DNA from: Mobula hypostoma | Lineage: Eukaryota | Reading direction: 5' to 3' | Length of the DNA: 64,000 nucleotides | NCBI RefSeq assembly: GCF_963921235.1 | Contig: NC_086097.1 | Coordinates: 75,826,001 to 75,890,000, forward strand | Shown here: in pieces, positions 52,318 through 62,974 of the stretch | Layout: each line of letters starts with the position of its first letter | How positions within the stretch are numbered: position 1 is the stretch's first letter | The notes under the pieces: generated by a model | The model's input: only the letters and a program-made list of their open reading frames with translations | Database searches by the model: none | What the model was told of the DNA's origin: nothing | Made by a program: the position numbers and the translations under genes

Positions 52318-52427
52318 CAATCTTTATCCATAACGCAAAAGGAAAAAGGAAAACTGGCAGCAATCTTTTCAAATTCCTCCTGTGAGATATAGCCATCCTG
52401 ATCATGATCATAATTTTTAAAGACTGA
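52318..52427 (-). CDS. RASGRP1: RASGRP1 exon (approx. 12), EF hand 1, 110 nt
   Basis: ttctgcag|TCA GTC...GAT TG|gtaggt; [36 protein letters not shown]. Confidence 0.97.
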
Positions 52428-53455
52428 CTGCAGAAAACATATAAAAGATTACAGTTATTATATACTCAATTATAATAATGAACAACCTTGAATAGTACTA
52501 GTAACTAGGTTCACATTAAGGTTGAAAGGGCAACTTTGGGAATGATATCTAAAAATGTTATCTTAAATGTGGAAACTGCTTTAAATGTAATTGTCTTTAT
52601 CCAAACCAAATATTAAGTTTGTGAAAAATAGGAGCAAGTGTTGGCAATAATGCTAGTTAAGCTTGCTCTGCCTTTTAAGATCTTGGCTGGTCTGATCTTG
52701 ACTCACTTTTCACCTTTTCCCGATATAATGCTCAATTCCCTGCTACTTGCAATTTCTGTCGAATAGCTTTAAACATGGTCAAGGTTTCAACCACCACACC
52801 CTCAAAGAAATTTTTCCTTATCTTGAATGGGTGAATGTTTATTCCAAATCCTCAAATGGTTGGATTAATTTAATATCAGAGAATGTATACAGTATACAAC
52901 CTGAAATTCTTACTCTTCACAGACATTGATTTGAACATCGTCACCTGTGAAATGAAACATCCTCTCAGCATCTAAACAACTTCCACCCAAACCCCTCTCC
53001 TTCAGAATTGTATGCACTAATAAAAAAGATCACCTCTCATTCTTCTAAACTCTGCTGATTGCAAAACTAACCCACTTGTTACAGATTCCCATTACTGAAA
53101 TTGGGAAAATCATTCACCAGTTGCAAATGTTCCACAGGATTAGTTTGATCTCTATTCCTGTATTCTACTTGGAAAAAGCAGTATTATTTTCTACTGAAAG
53201 AAGATTCACTGATGTGATCCAATCTTGGGAGGGGACTACAACTTTCACCCAGTCTTCAACCTTTCAGAGGGCAATGTCAGTTTTCACCAATATTCTTCAC
53301 TTCTCCGCTATGTTGGAAAATTGTGGCAGCGCTCACTCTTGGCTTGTTGGCTTGAAGATGGGCTGTGGCCAATGACAGCTCAGCTAGGTTAGTGTTAGTG
53401 GTGCATGGGTGCCCTCTGGTGAAGCAACGACATTTTTGGTAGGGGAAAAACTCAC

Positions 53456-53560
53456 GTCAACCATCCGTTGAACATGTTTGCTGACAGTCTTCGGATCAGG
53501 CTTTGGGGATATTCCAGGGGCCCAGTCTGCTACAACAGGTGGTTTGCAAGGAGTTGTAGG
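53456..53560 (-). CDS. RASGRP1: RASGRP1 exon (approx. 11), CDC25-EF linker, 105 nt
   Basis: tatttag|CCT...GAC|gtgagt; [35 protein letters not shown]. Confidence 0.97.
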
Positions 53561-54568
53561 CTAAATAAAATAAAGTCCTGTAAGTTACATTGCAACGTGT
53601 GTGTGGGAAAAGGACATGTATTAATGTGATACAGTAGCTGGATACTTGAATCATCAAGCAGTTCTGACAACCTGATACAATTTCAGACAATAGTAACCTC
53701 CTATTAATTTTGTGGAAGCTATATGTATCCAAGAATAATTATATGTTGAGTCTTTGCTAATTTAAACTGTTGATGGCCAATGTTAAGTCATAAATCTGGT
53801 ATTCCTTTTTAAACAAGTGTTTTATAATTATTAAATAATAAAAGAATGTATGAATCTATCTTTCAACAGTTTCCAGTTCTCCATTATATTAAAATAAGTA
53901 TTCCACAGCCTCAAATATTATAAACTAAAATTATCATAAGGATAGGGATGCCAAAATATGCACTGGATAAGTTCAGCGGGTCTTCAATCTGAAATACTAG
54001 CTCTGTTTTTCTTTCCACAACTGCAGTCTGGCCTGTTTAGTGTTTCCAGTATTTATGGTTTTTATCTGTTTTTATTGAAGATTTCTAACATCTGTAATGT
54101 TTAAATTTTCAGGTACTTTGGACCGTTTTAGTCTTCATATTATAAAAACAGAGAGGAAGACAATTGAGAAACTGCAAAGAAATTACCAGCTAAAAAACCA
54201 AGCAGAGATTTTATCTGCTGATATTGGACTAGCCAGAGGCCTTTGCTATAGAATAGAGAAGACTGAGGCATTTTACAGGGTGCATGTCAGAAGAAGTTTT
54301 CTTAGCAGGTCAAAATTATAAATAAAAGACAGCCAATAATGAATTCAGTAGGATGTTCACAAGAAACTATTTTATCTAGTCAATTGTTAGAATATGGGAG
54401 TTGTTGCCATCAGGAATATCTGAGATAAATGGAACTGTGATGCTGACTAAATTCAACATTGAGTAAAGAACAAATGGAGCACAAAGAATCAGCCCTTATA
54501 GCACACCTGCACTGTTAGTTTACACTAATTCTATTGTTTTTCTTTGGGAAAGAAACACCAAAAACCCA

Positions 54569-55749
54569 GCAACACACATCAAAGTTGCTGGTGAACGCAG
54601 CAGGCCAGGCAGCATCTCTAGGAAGAGGTACAGTCGACGTTTCAGGCCGAGACCCTTCGTCAGGACTAACTGAAGGAAGAGTTAGTAAGAGATTTGAAAG
54701 TGGGAGGGGGAGGGGGAGGGGGAGATCCAAAATGATAGGAGAAGACAGGAGGGGGAGGGATGGAGCCAAGAGCTGGACAGGTGATTGGCAAAGGGGATAC
54801 GAGAGGATCATGGGACAGGAGGTCCAGGAAGAAAGACAAGGGGGGGGGGGGGAATGCAGAGGATGGGCAAGGGGTATATTCAGAGGGACAGAGGGAGAAA
54901 AAAGAGAGTGAGAGAAAGAATGTGTGTATAAAAATAAATAACAGATGGGGTACGAGGGGGAGGTGGGGCATTAGCGGAAGTTAGAGAAGTCGATGTTCAT
55001 GCCATCAGGTTGGAGGCTACCCAGATGGAATATAAGGTGCTGTTCCTCCAACCTGAGTGTGGCTTCATCTTTACAGTAGAGGAGGCCGTGGAAAGACATG
55101 TCAGAATGGGAATGGGATGTAGAATTAAAATGTGTGGCCACTGGGAGATCCTGCTTTCTCTGGCGGACAGAGCGTAGGTGTTCAGCAAAGCGGTCTCCCA
55201 GTCTGCGTTGGGACTCGCCAATATATAGAAGGCCACATCGGGAGCACCGGACGCAGTATATCACCCCAGCCGACTCACAGGTGAAGTGTCACCTCACCTG
55301 GAAGGACTGTTTGGGGCCCTAAATGGTGGTAAGGGAGGAAGTGTAAGGGCATGTGTAGCACTTGTTCCGCTTACAAGGATAAGTGCCAGGAGGGAGATCA
55401 GTGGGGAGGGTTGGGGGGGGAAGAATGGACAAGAGAGTCGCGTAGGGAGCGATCCCTGCGGAAAGCGGGGGGGGGGGAAGGGAAAGATGTGCTTAGTGGT
55501 GGGATCCCGTTGGAGGTGGCGGAAGTTACGGCGAATAATATGTTGGACCCGGAGGCTGGTGGGTGGTAGGTGAGGACCAGGGGAACCCTATTCCTAGTGG
55601 GGTGGCAGGAGGATGGGGTGAGAGCAGATGTGCGTGAAATGGGGGAGATGCGTTAGAGAGCAGAGTTGATAGTGGAGGAAGGGAAGCCCCTTTCTTTAAA
55701 AAAGGAAGACATCTCCCTCATCCTGGAATGAAAAGCCTCATCCTGAGAG
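54569..55749 (-). mobile_element. young PLE (1.2 kb) with intact GIY-YIG C-terminus and 10-bp TSD
   Basis: caaaaaccca at 54559 and 55750; ORF 54971-55264 IYCVRCSRCGLLYIGESQRRLGDRFAEH...FSNFR. Confidence 0.95.
54632..54667 (-). ncRNA. minimal type-I hammerhead ribozyme motif (intact core)
   Basis: 36 nt identical to 34086-34121. Confidence 0.75.
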
Positions 55750-56571
55750 CAAAAACCCATTTGCCACAACTATTAGACCAAATCATGACAAGGTTATTGA
55801 AATGGCGATTTCAGTGGTAGATAAACTAATCATGCAGAAACTTCTCAACAAATGATGCAACCTATTTTGAAAGTACTCTAATATATCCAGATAGTCAGTA
55901 AAGTAATTTAAATTGATTTAACTTGGATTACACCTCCTTGGATGGGGAAAAAGAGTACACATTAGCACAGGGATCCAAACCAATAATGCATCATTAATTA
56001 AACAGTTTTGTTCAGATATGTCAGCTTAATTTTGAATTTGGACAATTGTATAAAGTAAGGGGTATTTTATCAGTTACCCAGTGAAATACCTTTCCTAGTG
56101 AAATGTTCATCAGGTCTGATGGATTAATACTTGGTTTACATATACAGTATATCAAAAAAAAGTGGCTCACAAATAAAACAAATGTCTTAAATTCAAGTCA
56201 TCTTGGCTTCCCAATTTCAACAAATGCTTACCTCCATACAGTATCTCATTTATAAATACAAAAAAAGGTCTATTACTTTTAATGTAACAAAGAATTCTTT
56301 TTGCAATGTAAAGCTTCCCGGACACTTAACATGCTTTCAGTCCGAAATCAATTACATGCTTGCTTAAAGAGCGGTAAAGCTCCTGATTTGAACACGATCA
56401 AATTTGATTGTCTTTCAAATTTAACCACCTGCAATTTCACGATATATAATTTATCTGGCAATCTGACAAGATAATTGCTGCTACAATCAGCAGTAATGCA
56501 TATCACAATATGGCACTTAATATGAAACAGCAATATCAAATGACAGGAATAATATAAGGAAACTTTCTTAC

Positions 56572-56652
56572 TGGAGCTTTATTGTTCCTTGGCTCGCGTG
56601 CATATGAAAGCTCGTAAATTTCATCTTCTGAGTAGTAGAGGTCTAGTGAGAG
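56572..56652 (-). CDS. RASGRP1: RASGRP1 exon (approx. 10), 81 nt
   Basis: atttcag|CTC...CCA|gtaaga; [27 protein letters not shown]. Confidence 0.97.
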
Positions 56653-58404
56653 CTGAAATAGTGCAGAGTACCAGTAAAACAAACTGCTTTCAATAAATGT
56701 TTCAGTTTTCACTCACTGCACCCATGTTTGGTCAGTACCTTTCATTGTATATTGATAGACCCACTAATTATGAAATGTTATACTCACAGTTCAATTAATG
56801 ATTTACTGATGACTCAAACTACTGCAAATACCTACAGAGGGCACCAGTAACCCTGATTACAGATGGCCTACATTAACATGCAGTCTCACTTTATTTAATT
56901 GCATCAATAAAACCCTTTAAAGAAAACCAAATATGGAATATTTTAGACTAAAATTTCAATTATGTTTATGGTTCATAATTCTCTCACCTCTTCTTGACCA
57001 CATTGCTGGAATAAGATTACACAGGTTTCCTAAGAACTAAGGTCTTGCCAATAAGCATTAGAGAGAATATTAACATTGAGGACCAAAGTAGATCATGTAA
57101 CTACAAAGGATATCTGACTCTTGCCCTATTCCATACTCACCAAATGTTTACTAGTGCTTTAAGGTTTCAGAAATAGATACCATATATTACTTATACATTC
57201 CCTCTCTTTATTCAGATGTGCTGTTCCAGTGCTTCCCAAGACTGGTCTATAAGGCCACCAGAGACTAGGTTCACATTCATTGGAATGGCTCTCCTGCATT
57301 GTTATATAACTACCATTCAACATAAAAATACTACTTTAAAAAGCTTGTATGACATAATTTAAACTGGCATAGCAAGCAGCAAATTAATGTACAAAATAAA
57401 TTCACTGGCAAATACATCTCTTCCTTAAATCAATGCAGCAAAAAAACTGACTGATAATAGTCTTATTATTTGAACAATACTATCCTGGTACACAGAGATC
57501 AGTGAAAATATATTCCTTTATATATTCATCACCACCCCTACCATTTATCCCCAAATTTTACTGTCTTCAGTGGCTATGACAGAAGTATGGAATAATATAT
57601 CTACTTCTGCTGCTCTTGAGCGGGCAGTTTGGAGAGGCATAAAGTTGATGTTAGTGATGACACAGTCCAGAATTCTGCTCAGCATTTCGTGAGAGAAAAG
57701 CAAGATCGCAAACAAAAATTCAATTTTTTATATGTCTCCATAAAGCCTGGCATTGAATTACATTATGATTTTTCAATGTAATCCACAATGTTCAGCAATA
57801 CCATTGGCAAATGATCCTGGAAAAATCATAGTATTTAACACTTAATAGAGGAGCAAGTTAATGGTGGCCAGTCTGACTATTTCTGACTGATTTGCATCTT
57901 GATTTATTATCAGCAACTGGATTCTATTTCACATTCAGTAATGGCGTGCCCAGAGGTTAATAATCCCTAATAGGATGCTGTAATTGAAGAACACTAGGTG
58001 AATTTGTTTGATTACACCTAGCAACAGCTATGAAGCAGGCAGATTTTGCACTCTGAATAGTAAGCTGCGCTCTCACCAATCATCTGCATGCCTGTCAAGC
58101 ATTGACTCTTCTGCAACCAGCACTGCAAATACCCAGAGGCAGCTCACTGGCTTTCAAGTGAATCTGCCAAAAAAAGTGCCAGTGAAGAACAGTGCAATAC
58201 AATTAATACTCATTGAAACCAATTAATACTTACTGATTAAAATTTAAATTCAAAATTCTGCTTGCAGAATCACAGAGCCCTGCTAAATGGTCTCTGTACA
58301 AACACAAAGGAAGCACTGTGGCAAGCTCAAAGTGAAACAAGAACTCAAGATGTATTTTTGCTTTTGCAACTGTATTTTGTATATTTGTTCAACTTATTGC
58401 TGGC

Positions 58405-58444
58405 CATGTGGTTGAGATAAACCACAGGAAGAAAAGGACAGCTG
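58405..58444. promoter_or_regulatory. candidate haematopoietic/lymphoid enhancer motif cluster
   Basis: TGTGGTT (RUNX), AGATAA (GATA), AACCACA (RUNX), CAGGAAG (ETS) and CAGCTG (E-box) within 40 bp. Confidence 0.45.
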
Positions 58445-58755
58445 TATTTAAAAGGCTCGTCTTTATGAGAGAAGTGTGCTGTACACACCTTTTATAAACA
58501 TTAAGGAAATACAACTAAAATCCTGCATTTATGTAGAATAGGTAATTTAATGAAACACTCCACAACAATTAATAGGACACAACAGAATTAATATTGCCAA
58601 ATAGAAGTATGGTAATAGCATATAGAAAACTGATACCGCAGACCAAGCCACAGAAAGATATTTCGGAGATGACTCAATGCTTGATCACAGATAGTCTTTA
58701 AGGAGCGTATTAAAGGACAAGAGAGAAGCGGGAAGTAAGGAAATAATTAGAACCT

Positions 58756-59187
58756 CACACACAAAATGCTGAAGGAACTCAGCAGGTCAGGCAGCATCTA
58801 TGGAAATGAATAAACAGTCAACATTTCGAGCTGAGACCCTTTTTTCAGGACTGGAAAGGAAGGGGGAAGATGCTAGGATAAGGAGGTGGGAGGAGGGGAA
58901 GGAGGATAGCTAAAAGGCGATAGGTAAAGTCAGGTGAGTAGGAAAGATAAATGCCTGGAGAAGAAGGGATCTGATAGGAGAGGAGAGTGGACCATAGGAG
59001 AAAAGGAAGGAGGAGGGAGCCCAGATGGTAACAGGCAGGTGAGACGAGGTAAAAGTATGGAATAGAAAGAGAGGGGAGGGGGAGGGTATTTTTTTAACCA
59101 GAAGGAGAAATCAATATTCACACCATCAGATTGGAGGCTACCAAGATGGAATATAAAGTGTTACTCCTCCACCCTGATGGTAGCTTT
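58756..59187 (-). mobile_element. older PLE 3' fragment
   Basis: EE.HFIFHLGSLQSDG.NIDFS remnant; degenerate hammerhead at 58816-58852; imperfect TSD attagaacct / attagagctt. Confidence 0.8.
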
Positions 59188-59416
59188 ATTAGAGCTTAGG
59201 GGTAAGGCGGCTGATATTGGACGTATATATTAGGGGAATGCAAGAAGCCAACGTTTGTAAAGATAAAATAATATGGTTTGTATGGTTGAAGGAAATGTAT
59301 AAATGGCAGTGGTGATGACGCACTAAGTGGGGTCGGTACTACAGGAAAAGAGCATGGTAAAGCTCTTAGTTCATTAAGAAATATGAAAATTTGCCCTTTA
59401 ACTGTTCAGTTAATAC

Positions 59417-59572
59417 TAGCTCCTTATGGTGGGTCTCAGCCCAAAATCTCCACTGTTTATTCCTCTCCATGGATGCTGTAGGAGCAGACTCTATGGGCAA
59501 AAGGCCTAATTTTGCTCCTATGTCTTATGGTCTATGACCTGCTGAGTTCCTCCAGCATTTTGTGTGTGTTAC
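59417..59572 (+). mobile_element. mini PLE tail with 11-bp TSD and an embedded CR1 3' tip
   Basis: tcagttaatac at 59406 and 59573; CR1-type end gggcaaaaggcctaattttgctcctatgtcttatggtct inside. Confidence 0.75.
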
Positions 59573-61095
59573 TCAGTTAATACCATCTTACTTTGAATTA
59601 GTAAAGTTCATTGTTAAAGTGTATGATCACTTGACTCATAAACTAAGAGCTCAAGACTCTTGGTAAGTTAAGTTTCCTGCAGCTCATTTTTGTTTTGCTC
59701 ATTAATTTGCTTGCAACTGAACTGTGCAAGTGGGATTTCCTGGTGTACTATTTTGAAGTACTGTGTAACTGTAAAGGTACATCCAGAAGATGGCTTTCTT
59801 TTGCTTTGTCCATCTTAGTGCCACATTAATACATGTAAGATGTAAACTGGCATTTTGAGGTGAAAGTGATGACCAGGTGAATCATACTTTGTTGCTTACA
59901 ATATAGGTTTCACATTGTAGTTCAGTTAAAATTTTATTTTTTCTCTGGATAAATAAATGAAAACTTTAGAAGCTTTCAGAAGATTGGAGCAAATAGTTTT
60001 AATAAAACTGCCGAGGTTCAAAGCTTTTGAACTGTTTAGCTTGACTGATAGGTCATTATATTGTGATAGTTATAAAAGGCTATGGTGGTGAAATATTGAC
60101 ATTTTTAACAGTACTCAACTTTTTTTGAAAAAAAAATTAAAATAATACAAATAGCTATAATTTGTTCTTATAGATAAAACTGGCTGACAAATGATCATAA
60201 TATTTAAATGAATTACACCCTATCCTCGTTATATGCGTCTTCAGACTATGCGGATTCACAGTTATGCGTGGAACCTATTTCTACCAACGTCTCCTTATAT
60301 GCGTCCAAAATTCACAGTTATGCGAGGAGCACTGCCTTCCCGCCAATACAAGTCACGTGCGCAGGCTTCACAGTCTCACTATTGGGATGAGAAGCACTGC
60401 TTTCCCACCAATACAAGTCAGGTGCGCGCGCCTCACAATCTCTCTCCCGCCACTCTCGCATTGGTTTTGACAAGGTGTGGATGCACGATCTTAAACTTTT
60501 GTTGGTTTTACCTACGGTGCAGTGATCTTCTGCTTGAAATATTTAACTATGCCTCCTAAGCATCCGATGTCATGTCTTGGTCTGTCAGCCCAGCGGCAGA
60601 GAACTGCTTTAACACTTGAAAAAATGTTGGAAATTATAAACAGCGTGGCATCAGCTGAAGGTAACACAGCTCTGGGACGCTACTGCCGGGAACAGAATCT
60701 TGCCTTTAAAGTTCTTTTGTTGCTTGACAATGCGCCAGCCCATCCTAAAAATTTGGACAGCATTCATCCTAACATAACAGTGCTTTTCCTGCCGCCTAAC
60801 ACAACATCACTGATTCAACCACTCGACCAGTGTGAGCCACATTCAAGGCGTACGTATTTTTTTTTACGGCGAACTATCTCTCAGATGCTGCAAGCAACAG
60901 ATGATTTTGAAAATCCCGGGAGTTTACCAACGGTGAGGGAATGGTGGAAGTCGGAACACTTGACACAAATGGCGATGGACATGGACCCAAGTTTAGAACG
61001 GAGTCAGCATTTCAGTCATTCCCTGCTGTCAACCTTTCTCCCCTACAAGCAAATTTATGCTGAAAAACAAAATGCTGCCAAGCAAACAACCCTCA

Positions 61096-61197
61096 TACAT
61101 CAAAGTTGCTGGTGAACGCAGCAGGCCAAGCAGCATCTATAGGAAGAGGTGCAGTCGACGTTTCAGGCCGAGACCCTTCGTCAGGACTAACTGAAGG
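61096..61197 (-). mobile_element. ~100-bp PLE tail nested in the Tigger
   Basis: 16-bp direct repeat aagcaaacaaccctca at 61080 and 61198. Confidence 0.92.
61153..61188 (-). ncRNA. minimal type-I hammerhead ribozyme motif (intact core)
   Basis: 36 nt identical to 34086-34121 and 54632-54667. Confidence 0.75.
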
Positions 61198-62698
61198 AAG
61201 CAAACAACCCTCACCATTTTATTCAAATCGCTGTAATCTTCTGCTGCCGACAGTTCTAAGAGTTCTGTGAGTCTTCCTTCACCCCTTGCTGTGCTTGATA
61301 TGATCCTAACGACCACAACAATCCACCTTATCCGTCTAAAGCTGCCCAACATCACAACAACCACTCATCTCCCGGAGCGAACACACCTGCCACTGTTGGT
61401 GAGTACTGTACACCAGAGGATGTTAACTTTCTATGATTTATTACATTGAATATTACCTTAAATTGATGAAATATAATACAAATGTTGTCTTGTAGTACTG
61501 CTTTTGTGTCGTATTGGTACGAAAATGTGAATAAATTACAGATAAAACATATTTAGGAAGCCCTCTGTAACGCATCCCTATTTTCTCCATTTAAATAATT
61601 ATTCACGTTATGTGATTTCACATTATGCGTCAACTTCGAGGAACGCATCCCTGGCACATAACGAGGATAGGGTGTAATAGCATTTTTCAACACAGTTAAG
61701 GAGCAAAAGAATATCAATATTTTATGAATGTTCTAATGGAAAATTCTTTGTCTTTATAATCTCCAGTTACAAAATTGATAACTCCCATTGTGTTTGATCT
61801 CCCTGTGAGATTGGTTGCCCTTATCTTTGTACCTTCTCTACTCACACAACCTTCAAGTCTCTAATAAGCTCCAGTTTTGATTTCCTGGCAGATACGGCCT
61901 ATTAGCAAACTGCTTGGTTGAAGAGGTTTGAAGAAGTTTGAAGAATTCAGCGAGTGAAGTGAGGAGACATGGTTGGCAGATCCGGGTCCAGTTTGTTATG
62001 GACTCCATGCTCTTCATTGGTTCTGGATGTTGGTGGCTTGTGATAAAACTGAGAGCACCTATACTCAGTTTCAGGACAACATTAGGTCAACATAGGGTTT
62101 GCACCTAAAGAGAGTTACAGACCTGGAATGTAAGCAGTTTCCAACAGCCACATGGCCATAGGACTGTCCCGAACCAGTGCTACCTTTATCAAGTCACCAG
62201 GTAGAGGGGAATCATTCAAACTGAGCACTGGCTGTCAATTGAAAGAGTCAAGTCCAGGTATCTGACCTTAACTCTGTGACTAAATCAGTGTAAGTGCCAA
62301 AGAATCACAGAAACAAACTTCAATTCCACTCTGGACTTCACATGAAGCCCTTTGTCAGAACTAAGCAGGAAGATGCTACTAGACCTCATGTAATAAGTTC
62401 AGAACTTCTGCATTTGTACTTTTTGGCATTTATCTTGAGGAATGACAATGGTTGAAATTGACCATTTAAGTCAAGATCAGATTATCTGAACAAAAACACC
62501 CACTTGCACTTAAATAACACAATGAACACTTCTAGGTTCTGATTCAATGATACAAGTTATAGACTTTGTTTGCATTTATCATGTCATTTTTGAGATGCTT
62601 AATGCCTCAGTATTTGGAATGTCAGTGTGCATTTTTCAATCTAAGGACTATTTATCATTTGATAGAACAAACCATCATTGCAGTAAAGACTGACTTAC

Positions 62699-62974
62699 TG
62701 TGAGCAAATGAACAAGGTCCTTGTTTGCTTCCAGAGGTGGTACAGTGTTCTGAAGCTGGACAAGCTCATTGATGTGGTTGTACAGAATCTGCAGCTTGTG
62801 TATGTTAATCTTGCTATCTTCAACATAGTCTGGCAAGGCTTCGTGTAGTGAGATAAGATCTTTCAAATGGACACCCAAAATAGGAATCTTGAAGTCTAAG
62901 CAATCACTGTAGACACGTCGATAGCTATTGTAGTTTCCACTGGATGAAAGCAGCTCAGTCATTTCATTCATTAC
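62699..62974 (-). CDS. RASGRP1: RASGRP1 exon (approx. 9), end of the CDC25 GEF domain, 276 nt
   Basis: atgtag|GTA ATG AAT...CTC ACA|gtaagt; [20 protein letters not shown]...[16 protein letters not shown]...[14 protein letters not shown]. Confidence 0.97.

Larger units (their letters stand above)
60216..61674 (+). mobile_element. Tigger/pogo DNA transposon, internally deleted
   Basis: Perfect 17-bp TIR caccctatcctcgttat with TA on both sides; psq-HTH-like start (RTALTLEKMLEII) fused to LLLLDNAPAHP...LPPNTTSLIQPLD (D32D spacing). Confidence 0.95.

Noticed and set aside
8903-59455. Other hammerhead-like copies (8903, ~21214, ~28672, ~30728, 39605, 58816, ~59417) as active ribozymes
   Set aside because: Each has substitutions or deletions in CUGANGA, GAAA or the cleavage/stem I region
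60522-61115. TIGD-like host gene
   Set aside because: Bounded by TIRs and TA, lacks most of the transposase and is interrupted by a PLE insert
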